NCBI GenBank assembly: GCA_002011745.1
Contig: MTOU01000014.1
Span: 13,369-77,368 of the forward strand
DNA length: 64,000 nt
Reading direction: 5' to 3'
Source of the DNA: Nitrospirae bacterium JdFR-85
GTDB lineage: Bacteria; Nitrospirota; Thermodesulfovibrionia; Thermodesulfovibrionales; JdFR-85
Notes under the pieces: generated by a model
What the model was told of the DNA's origin: nothing
The model's input: only the letters and a program-made list of their open reading frames with translations
The model's database searches: none
Made by a program: the position numbers and the translations under genes
In this document: positions 53,748 to 61,327 of the stretch, piece by piece
How the letters are laid out: each line of letters starts with the position of its first letter
Numbering within the stretch: position 1 is the stretch's first letter

Positions 53748-55856
53748 ATGTCCACTGTTGGCAGAATAGGCATAAAGGAAGGGGAACTCTTTGTGATAAT
53801 GGACCCTGTGGGGGATATATCTCCCACAGAGGTCTCACCAGAGCAGGGTGTTTACAAGGATGACACCAGATTCCTTAGCCGACTGGAACTCAGGATTGAA
53901 GGGATGCTGCCGAGGCTGCTCAGTTCCACTGTAAAAAAGGACAATGTGATATTCAGTGCAGACCTTACAAACCCTCCTATTTACAGGCCTGAGGGAAAGA
54001 TTCCGAGAGATACGGTGCATATACTGAGGGAACGGTTCATATGGCATGATACCTGTTATGAAAGGTTGAGCATAAAAAACTACAATCAGAGTGATATAAG
54101 ACTCTGTCTCAGTCTACATTTTGGAGCAGACTTTAAGGATATATTTGAGATGCGAGGGGTCAGCAGGCTTCAGAGGGGAAAGATGCTTCCTGCTGAGGTG
54201 ACAGATGATACAGTGGTGTTTGGGTATCTTGGTAGAGACGGAGTAAAGAGATACACAGATCTGAGATTCAACCCCAGACCTCAAAGGATAACCCCTGAAT
54301 CTGTAGAGTATGAACTGGAGCTTCATCCCAATCTGAATGTTGAGGTGATTCTCTCCATAACAGCAGGTTATGAGAGACAGGCGGAAGTGCCCGATTTTCA
54401 GAACGCCCTTCATTTAGCAACCACCAAGGCAGAATCCCTTAGGGCTACAACTGTTGATATATTCACCTCTAATGAGCATTTTAATGAGTTTGTTGAGAGG
54501 TCCAAGGCAGACATATGTACCCTAGTAACAGAGACTCCCTATGGACTCTATCCCTTTGCAGGTATCCCATGGTATTGTACTGCCTTTGGCAGAGACGGAA
54601 TAATAACAGCCCTTCAGTGTCTATGGATAGCTCCAGAGATTGCTAAAGGGGTTTTGAGGTTTCTCTCAGTCCATCAGGCAGAAGACTTTGATGATGAGAA
54701 TGATGCAGAACCTGGTAAGATCCCCCATGAGATCAGAAAGGGGGAGATGGCAAACACCAGAGAGATACCCTTTGCGAGATATTACGGTTCTGTGGATGCC
54801 ACTCCTCTTTATATTGTCCTTGCAGGGGAGTATCTGAAAAGGACGGGAGATTTAGAGACAATAAGGGAGATATGGCCAAACATTAAGGCCGCACTCAGAT
54901 GGATAACAGAGTATGGGGACATTGATGGTGATGGTTTTATAGAGTATCATAGACGTTCCTCGAAGGGTCTTATAAACCAGAGCTGGAAGGACTCCTCAGA
55001 TTCGGTGTTTTATGCTGATGGCTCTCTGGTTAAAGGGCCTGTAGCGGCTGTGGAGGTCCAGGGATATGTCTATCTCGCCTACGCACATGCACAGAAACTC
55101 TCAAGAGTCTTGGGTGAGAATACCCTTGTCCTGGATATCCAGAAGAGGATGAAGACACTGAAGGCAGAGTTTCAGAAGGCCTTCTGGTCAAGGTCATTGG
55201 GTATGTATATACTTGCCCTTGATGGTGAAAAGAGACCCTGTGAGGTAAGGGCATCTAATGCAGCCCATACCCTCTTTACAGGTATAGCCAATAAACCATA
55301 TGCACGGAAAATGGCACGAGTGCTTCTGTCTGAAGAGTTTTTCTCTGGATGGGGGATAAGAACCCTTGCCAAGGGAGAGAGCAAATACAATCCTATGAGT
55401 TATCACAATGGCTCGGTATGGCCTCATGACAATGCTCTTATAGCATGGGGACTCTCAAAGTATGGATTCAGAAGAGAGGTTCTGAGGATACTCACAGGGA
55501 TGTTTGATGTTAGTCAGTTTGTTGAGTTGAGAAGACTACCAGAGCTGTTCTGCGGGTTTGACCGGAGAGCAGGTGAAGGACCTACACTCTATCCTGTTGC
55601 TTGTCAACCTCAGGCATGGGCATCTGGAGCAGTGTTTATGCTTCTTCAGTCTGCTTTAGGACTCGGCTTTGAGAGTGAGACCAATTCCATTATATTCAAA
55701 AACCCTATGCTCCCAGAGTATCTTGAGGTGGTTGTGATAAACAATCTTACACTTATGCACTCAAGGGTGAATTTATATCTTGAAAGATATAAGGACGATG
55801 TAGTGGTGAAGGTCATTGACAAGGAAGGGGATGTGAATATTGTGATATATAAATAA
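53748..55856 (+). CDS. glycogen-debranching-enzyme-like protein (GDE N-terminal domain + amylo-alpha-1,6-glucosidase (alpha/alpha)6 domain)
   Basis: GIPWYCTAFGRDGIITAL, GKIPHE, QSWKDS, GWGIRTL and YHNGSVWPHDN blocks typical of the GDE_C family. Confidence 0.8.
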   Translation: MSTVGRIGIKEGELFVIMDPVGDISPTEVSPEQGVYKDDTRFLSRLELRIEGMLPRLLSSTVKKDNVIFSADLTNPPIYRPEGKIPRDTVHILRERFIWHDTCYERLSIKNYNQSDIRLCLSLHFGADFKDIFEMRGVSRLQRGKMLPAEVTDDTVVFGYLGRDGVKRYTDLRFNPRPQRITPESVEYELELHPNLNVEVILSITAGYERQAEVPDFQNALHLATTKAESLRATTVDIFTSNEHFNEFVERSKADICTLVTETPYGLYPFAGIPWYCTAFGRDGIITALQCLWIAPEIAKGVLRFLSVHQAEDFDDENDAEPGKIPHEIRKGEMANTREIPFARYYGSVDATPLYIVLAGEYLKRTGDLETIREIWPNIKAALRWITEYGDIDGDGFIEYHRRSSKGLINQSWKDSSDSVFYADGSLVKGPVAAVEVQGYVYLAYAHAQKLSRVLGENTLVLDIQKRMKTLKAEFQKAFWSRSLGMYILALDGEKRPCEVRASNAAHTLFTGIANKPYARKMARVLLSEEFFSGWGIRTLAKGESKYNPMSYHNGSVWPHDNALIAWGLSKYGFRREVLRILTGMFDVSQFVELRRLPELFCGFDRRAGEGPTLYPVACQPQAWASGAVFMLLQSALGLGFESETNSIIFKNPMLPEYLEVVVINNLTLMHSRVNLYLERYKDDVVVKVIDKEGDVNIVIYK

Positions 55857-55857
55857 T

Positions 55858-56919
55858 TCAGACAGAAAGCCTCTTGCCAGTGTCTGGGTCAAAGAGATGG
55901 ACCCTCTGCTGGTTGAATCGGATGTATACTTTCTCGCCAGGTTTTACATGTTCGTTAGAGAAGGTCCTCAGCTTTATCTCATTCAGGATTATATCCAGAG
56001 AGAATCTCGAGCCTTCTGGTTCTACTATATCAACCTCTGCAGTCATAAGACCTTGCTCTTTTGTTACAAATATATCCTCTGGTCTGATTCCAACTAAGAC
56101 CTTATCTTTTTTATAATCCCTGATGGCAGGATATTCAAGTACTGCGTCGCCGAATTTGACTTTCAAAGGCTCCTTTGATAGCACCTCTGTCTCAAATATA
56201 TTCATGGCAGGAGAGCCAATAAATTCTGCTACAAAGGTGTTCTGGGGCCTGAGGTAGACCTCCTCAGGGGTGCCACACTGCTGTATCACTCCTCCTTCAA
56301 GAATAGCTATCCTGTCTGAAAGCCCCATTGCCTCGGACTGATCATGGGTGACATAGACCACTGTGGTACCAAGCTGTCTATGAAGCCTCTTCAATTCTGT
56401 CCTCATCTGCACCCTTAGTCTTGCATCGAGGTTTGACAGAGGCTCATCCATGAGAAAGACCTTCGGCCTTCTCACAATAGCCCTTCCAAGGGCTACCCTC
56501 TGACGCTGGCCACCTGAGAGTTCCTTCGGCTTTCTATGAAGCAATCCCTGAAGTCCCAATATCTCTGCTACCTTTTCCACCTCTTCGTTGATCTTCTTTT
56601 TATCGAACTTTCTCATCTTCAGGGGGAAGGCGATGTTTTCGTAGACTGTCATATGGGGATAAAGGGCATAACTCTGAAATACCATTGCCACATCCCTGTC
56701 CTTGGGGCTAAGATCATTAACAACCCTGTCATCAAAGTAGACTTTTCCCTCTGTTGGCGTCTCAAGCCCTGCAATTATGTTCAGTAGGGTGGACTTTCCA
56801 CACCCACTCGGCCCCAGTATTGTAAAAAACTCACCATCCTGGATTGTAAGGTCCAGATTGCTGAAGACCTCAATTTTTCCAAACCTCTTTGTTATGCCCT
56901 CAAGCCTGATCGAAGCCAG
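55858..56919 (-). CDS. MalK/UgpC-type ABC transporter ATP-binding protein, extended upstream of the ORF-track start to a non-canonical CTG
   Basis: The track ORF (from GTG 56691) lacks Walker A. The same frame stays open upstream and encodes (L/M)ASIRLEGITKRFGKIEVFSNLDLTIQDGEFFTILGPSGCGKSTLLNIIAGLE. There is no ATG/GTG/TTG between the in-frame TGA (56943-56941) and 56691. Confidence 0.75.
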   Translation of the reverse strand: MASIRLEGITKRFGKIEVFSNLDLTIQDGEFFTILGPSGCGKSTLLNIIAGLETPTEGKVYFDDRVVNDLSPKDRDVAMVFQSYALYPHMTVYENIAFPLKMRKFDKKKINEEVEKVAEILGLQGLLHRKPKELSGGQRQRVALGRAIVRRPKVFLMDEPLSNLDARLRVQMRTELKRLHRQLGTTVVYVTHDQSEAMGLSDRIAILEGGVIQQCGTPEEVYLRPQNTFVAEFIGSPAMNIFETEVLSKEPLKVKFGDAVLEYPAIRDYKKDKVLVGIRPEDIFVTKEQGLMTAEVDIVEPEGSRFSLDIILNEIKLRTFSNEHVKPGEKVYIRFNQQRVHLFDPDTGKRLSV

Positions 56920-56932
56920 ATGCTTACCTTTC

Positions 56933-57286
56933 TTATTTTGTCAATTCTTTCAGGAGATTCAGTATTGCCTTCCTGAGTCTTTGATTTTTAATTTTTCTGA
57001 ACAATTTTACAATCTTCTCTTCTGCTTTTTCCACTTCGTAGTTGTGCTTCTCCTCTTCTAAGCTAAAAAGCCTTTCTCTGTCAGGCAACAGAGCAGCAGG
57101 TGATACCCTGAGGGCTTCAGCAATCTGATAAAGCCTCTCTATGGTAATATTGCTTTTGCCTTTTTCGTATTTCTGGACCTGTTGATAGGTGATACCCAGT
57201 TTCTCTGCAAGTTGCATCTGTGTAAGTCCCGCCCTCTGTCTATATTTTCTTATAGTCTTCCCTATTGTCTTTTTAATAGCTATCAT
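56933..57286 (-). CDS. XRE-family helix-turn-helix transcriptional regulator
   Basis: IRKYRQRAGLTQMQLAEKLGITYQQVQKYEKG HTH_3-type motif. Confidence 0.85.
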   Translation of the reverse strand: MIAIKKTIGKTIRKYRQRAGLTQMQLAEKLGITYQQVQKYEKGKSNITIERLYQIAEALRVSPAALLPDRERLFSLEEEKHNYEVEKAEEKIVKLFRKIKNQRLRKAILNLLKELTK

Positions 57287-57501
57287 TGGTATAATAGTTT
57301 CCTCAAAAGTAATAGCAACTGTCTACCAACCCAGAGTTTATGTGTTTGAAAAATGCAACTGATATGATATATACTCTATTAACCTACAATTGGGAAAAGA
57401 GGCTCTAAGGGGGCGACGATATAAAATTTTTATAGATTTTACAAGAGGTTATAATTCTCAAGATATCTACTTTAATCATATTTGTAGGATGGGAGGGATA
57501 G

Positions 57502-57867
57502 ATGAAAGAGGAAACAGTGGGTATAAATGTACTTATTGTAGAAGACGAGATAGTGATGCAGGAATTTTTAAAAGCCCTTCTCGCCCCTAAGGGATTTAAT
57601 TTATATACAGCCTTTACAGTATCTGAGGCCCAGGTTCTCATTAATTCCTTAGCCTTTGCTCTTGCCATTGTGGACTACAACATTGGTGATGGTTTTGGAA
57701 CAGAAATTGTCTCTCTCATAAAAAGTAAAACCCCTTCCACTAAAGTCCTTGGCATAAGTGCCAAAGATTCTGCTGAAAAGTTTTATTCAGCAGGTGCAGA
57801 CTATTTTCTACAAAAACCCTTTAATGTTTCAACCTTTCTCCAGACTTTGGATGATATTCTAAAGTAA
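57502..57867 (+). CDS. single-domain response regulator (receiver only)
   Basis: VLIVEDE...AIVDYNIGDG...GISA...KPF receiver pattern. Confidence 0.8.
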   Translation: MKEETVGINVLIVEDEIVMQEFLKALLAPKGFNLYTAFTVSEAQVLINSLAFALAIVDYNIGDGFGTEIVSLIKSKTPSTKVLGISAKDSAEKFYSAGADYFLQKPFNVSTFLQTLDDILK

Positions 57868-57868
57868 G

Positions 57869-58282
57869 TTATTTGCAGGAGGTCTTCACCAGGCTGCTAA
57901 GCCAGTTATACAGCTGATGCTCACCTTTCTTGGAGTCCTGAATTGGAGAAAGTTCCTGTAAAGTAGTGATATTTCCATCCCTATAGAGTCCAATATATCC
58001 TTTGAGTTTCTGTTCTCTAAGCACTGCATACAGACAATATATTCTTTCTGGAAAGAGTCTGTTTCTTCTCAGAACAACGAAGGCTACTGTCTCGGAAAGG
58101 TTGCTGTCACCATCTATCTCTTCTGGAGGGGTATTGAGATATCTAAGGCCAAAACCGAATCTCCTCTCAAACCTTTCAACTTCAGGCCCTATCCTGCTCA
58201 GAAATTCAATAAAGCCAGAGTTTTCTAACCATCGCTGTTTTTCAGTATCTTGGCTTTTTAGAAAGTACGATGCAGTTTTCAT
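57869..58282 (-). CDS. hypothetical protein
   Basis: 137-aa ORF, 11 nt downstream of the MsbA-like gene on the same strand; no motif recognised. Confidence 0.4.
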   Translation of the reverse strand: MKTASYFLKSQDTEKQRWLENSGFIEFLSRIGPEVERFERRFGFGLRYLNTPPEEIDGDSNLSETVAFVVLRRNRLFPERIYCLYAVLREQKLKGYIGLYRDGNITTLQELSPIQDSKKGEHQLYNWLSSLVKTSCK

Positions 58283-58293
58283 TAAGGCCTCCT

Positions 58294-60057
58294 TTACTTT
58301 ATCTGATGGCTAAACTGTTTGTCATAGAGTTGTTTGTAAAGTCCTTCGGTATTATAGAGTTCTTGATGTCTTCCACTTTCTATTATCCTTCCCCTGTCCA
58401 TAACTATTATACGGTCTGCATTCATGATTGTTGAGAGTCTATGGGCAATAATTATTGTGGTTCTCCCTGGCATTATCCTTTCCAGTGCCATCTGGACCTT
58501 TGCCTCAGACTCTGCATCAAGAGAGGAGGTGGCCTCATCCAGAATTAGTACCTTGGGGTCTCTCAAGACTGCCCTTGCAATAGCAATCCTCTGCTTCTGC
58601 CCTCCAGACAGTTTAAGTCCTCTCTCTCCAATAAAGGTATCATATCCCCTTGGCATCTTTATAATAAACTCATGAGCATAGGCTGTTTCTGCTGCCTTGA
58701 TAATCTCATCCTCTGTGGCATCTATTCTCCCAAAGAGTATGTTATTTCTCACAGTATCATCGAAGAGGATTATATCCTGGGATACTATAGCCATATTGGC
58801 TCTAAGGGAGCGTATATCGTAATCCCTCAGTTCTGTTCCGTCAATCTCTATTGAGCCTTCGTAGTTATGCCAAAAGCCAAGTATGAGGTCAGCGAGAGTG
58901 CTTTTGCCAGCTCCACTGTAGCCTACAATCGCCACCTTTTCTCCTGGCATTATCTCCAGATTTATATCCTGAAGCACTGGATAGGATATGCCAGGATATC
59001 TGAATGTTAGTCCTCTTATAACTATATGTCCTCTTATCTTATCCTTAACCACATTTCCACTCTTTTCATCCTCTATCTTGTAAACTTCTCTGATCCTCTG
59101 AAGGGCGGTCCTTACTGTTTGAAAGTGGTTATTCACTCTACTCAGCCTCTTAAGGGGTGTATAGATCATGAGGATGGCTGTAACAAAGGAGAAAAAGGAA
59201 CCGATGGTGAGTTCTCCCTTGAGTATAAGGAAACTGCCATAATAGAGAATGATGGCTATTCCTGCTCCACCGATTATCTCCATAAATACAGTGGTAAACT
59301 CGTTGATCCGTACCTCCCTCATAACATTCCTGTAGTGTTCTGTCACGGCTTTCAGATTTCTCCTCTGCATCTCTTTCTCCATCAGAAAGGCCTTTATCAC
59401 CTTTATGCCTGTTAGTGTCTCATGGATAACCTTGGTAACATCAGAGATGAGTTTTCTTGTTCTGAGACTCGTCTTCTTCATCCTTCTTCCGAACCTATCT
59501 GAAACCACCACAACAAGGGGTATAACAATAAAGGACAACAGAGCGAGGTCCCATCTTCTATAAAGGGCAACACCTGCCAAAAATACCACTGTCAGTAGCT
59601 GCACAAAGAAGTTTTTAGCGGTGTAGGCTATGGAGTTCTCAAGGCTTCCTATATCATTCAGGAGTCTTGAGATTATAGAGCCAGAAGACCTGTCCTGATA
59701 AAAGGATACTGGCAGCCTCAGGAGTTTCTCATAGAGCCCCTGCCGAAGGGTTTTGACTATCTTGGCCCCTACTGAATTCATCAAAAAGTTATTACAGAAG
59801 GTGAAGAGTCCCCTGAATACAAAAAGAATAAACACTCCTATGGGGAGCAGATAAAGGGCAGTTCTATTTTTCTCTACAAAGAGGCTATCAAGGGAAGGTT
59901 TTACAAGGTATGCTATAGCTCCATTTATGGCAGAAAGGACAATGCCAGATAATATAGCAAGAAGGAGTCTCAGTAGATGTGGTCTTGTTAATGACCATAC
60001 AGTATAGAGGTCATTCTTCCACTCCTTATCAGAGACCTCTCTAAAGTACTCATCCAT
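58294..60057 (-). CDS. ABC exporter, fused permease/ATPase (MsbA-like)
   Basis: Six-TM ABC_membrane domain, then GYSGAGKST, LSGGQKQRIAIARA, LILDEATSSLD. Confidence 0.85.
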   Translation of the reverse strand: MDEYFREVSDKEWKNDLYTVWSLTRPHLLRLLLAILSGIVLSAINGAIAYLVKPSLDSLFVEKNRTALYLLPIGVFILFVFRGLFTFCNNFLMNSVGAKIVKTLRQGLYEKLLRLPVSFYQDRSSGSIISRLLNDIGSLENSIAYTAKNFFVQLLTVVFLAGVALYRRWDLALLSFIVIPLVVVVSDRFGRRMKKTSLRTRKLISDVTKVIHETLTGIKVIKAFLMEKEMQRRNLKAVTEHYRNVMREVRINEFTTVFMEIIGGAGIAIILYYGSFLILKGELTIGSFFSFVTAILMIYTPLKRLSRVNNHFQTVRTALQRIREVYKIEDEKSGNVVKDKIRGHIVIRGLTFRYPGISYPVLQDINLEIMPGEKVAIVGYSGAGKSTLADLILGFWHNYEGSIEIDGTELRDYDIRSLRANMAIVSQDIILFDDTVRNNILFGRIDATEDEIIKAAETAYAHEFIIKMPRGYDTFIGERGLKLSGGQKQRIAIARAVLRDPKVLILDEATSSLDAESEAKVQMALERIMPGRTTIIIAHRLSTIMNADRIIVMDRGRIIESGRHQELYNTEGLYKQLYDKQFSHQIK

Positions 60058-60069
60058 TCTGTTTTTATA

Positions 60070-60098
60070 TTACCAAATTGTTCTGTTGTTAGTATACT
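60070..60098 (+). promoter_or_regulatory. putative promoter TTACCA-17-TATACT, 6 nt before the ATG
   Basis: TTACCA at 60070-60075, 17-nt spacer, TATACT at 60093-60098, ATG at 60105, no SD. Confidence 0.45.
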
Positions 60099-60104
60099 AT
60101 TAGT

Positions 60105-61307
60105 ATGTTTTCTTTGTTGAAGAAGTATTCTGAGAAGCTCTACAGTCAGGGACTCGCCCATCCTGAAAAGACAGCATTTCTGGCACTTGATGATAGAGTT
60201 TATAGTCTTACAGGTGTAGTTCCTTCAGGCACTGTTAAAGAGCTTACAAAGGTGTTTGACAGAATGGATATTAATTCTCTACTGTATGCCACCCCTGAAG
60301 AGCCTTACAGGCGTATTCTTAAAGAGGTGATTAAAGAGTTAGTCTATCTGAAGGACAGACCAGTAATTGTGCCTGAGGACTGTGAGACCAGGACATTTTT
60401 CCATGATATTCCTGTGATTGAGAGATTATCTGCTGATGCCGTGGTCTCAGCACTGTCAGAAAGAAAGGCTGCCATAGTAGTGGAGCCCATCAGTATTGTC
60501 TCCCGCGGTAGTGTATCACCTGAGGAGACCTTTGTCTCTTTCAGTTCAACCTGTTTTTCCACTTTTGTTAAATATTTCTATGATCATTTATGTTATGTCT
60601 CAGAATGTAAAAATAAGGGGTTCAGACCCTCAGGGCAGAGATTAAAGGCATTCAGAGAGATATCGGCATTTGTAGATTTGACAATACCTAAGGCCAGAGA
60701 TATGAGGCTCCTTAAGGGCCCGCCTCGTGATGAGACCACAGCAATTGATATGATAAAGGAGGCAGGTAGCAAAGTAGTCTCTTGTAGACTTGTTGACTCC
60801 TTCTTTGGAAATATATCCCTGTTGTTTGACAACAGAATATACATAAGCCAGACTGCTGCATCACTTGATGAACTGTCAGAGGCGATAGATATTATCCCCC
60901 TGGATTGTTCATCTACTGCAGGTATAACCTCCTCTTCTGAGCTTCCCACCCATGTGGCTGTTTACAGAAGCTCAGATGTGAGGTTCATTCTCCATGGACA
61001 TCCAAGGTTTGCAGTGATTATGTCAATGTACTGTGATAGAGAGTGTGAATTCAAAGGTGACTGTTATGCTCGATGTCCTGAGCAGAGAAGCATCTGTGCA
61101 GTACCTGTGGTACCAGGAGAGATAGGAGCAGGACCTACAGGTATAGTAAAGACTGTACCAAAACTACTAAAAGAGTCTGATGCTGTGGTAGTGATTGGGC
61201 ATGGTGTATTCACAACAGGCAGAAAGGATTTTAATCATCCCTTCATGAGAATGGTTGAGATTGAGGAGTGTTGTAGGTTAAGATATTACAAACTTGTGGA
61301 TATTTAA
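60105..61307 (+). CDS. class II aldolase/adducin-fold protein (apparently tandem domains) with a Cys-rich insertion
   Basis: The C-terminal half has ILHGHPRFAVIMS...VPVVPGEIGAGP...VVVIGHGVFTTG...EIEE. The insertion is CDRECEFKGDCYARCPEQRSIC. The N-terminal half shows a weaker aldolase_II-like pattern. Confidence 0.55.
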   Translation: MFSLLKKYSEKLYSQGLAHPEKTAFLALDDRVYSLTGVVPSGTVKELTKVFDRMDINSLLYATPEEPYRRILKEVIKELVYLKDRPVIVPEDCETRTFFHDIPVIERLSADAVVSALSERKAAIVVEPISIVSRGSVSPEETFVSFSSTCFSTFVKYFYDHLCYVSECKNKGFRPSGQRLKAFREISAFVDLTIPKARDMRLLKGPPRDETTAIDMIKEAGSKVVSCRLVDSFFGNISLLFDNRIYISQTAASLDELSEAIDIIPLDCSSTAGITSSSELPTHVAVYRSSDVRFILHGHPRFAVIMSMYCDRECEFKGDCYARCPEQRSICAVPVVPGEIGAGPTGIVKTVPKLLKESDAVVVIGHGVFTTGRKDFNHPFMRMVEIEECCRLRYYKLVDI

Positions 61308-61327
61308 TAAATTTTTGAGGTTTTTTG

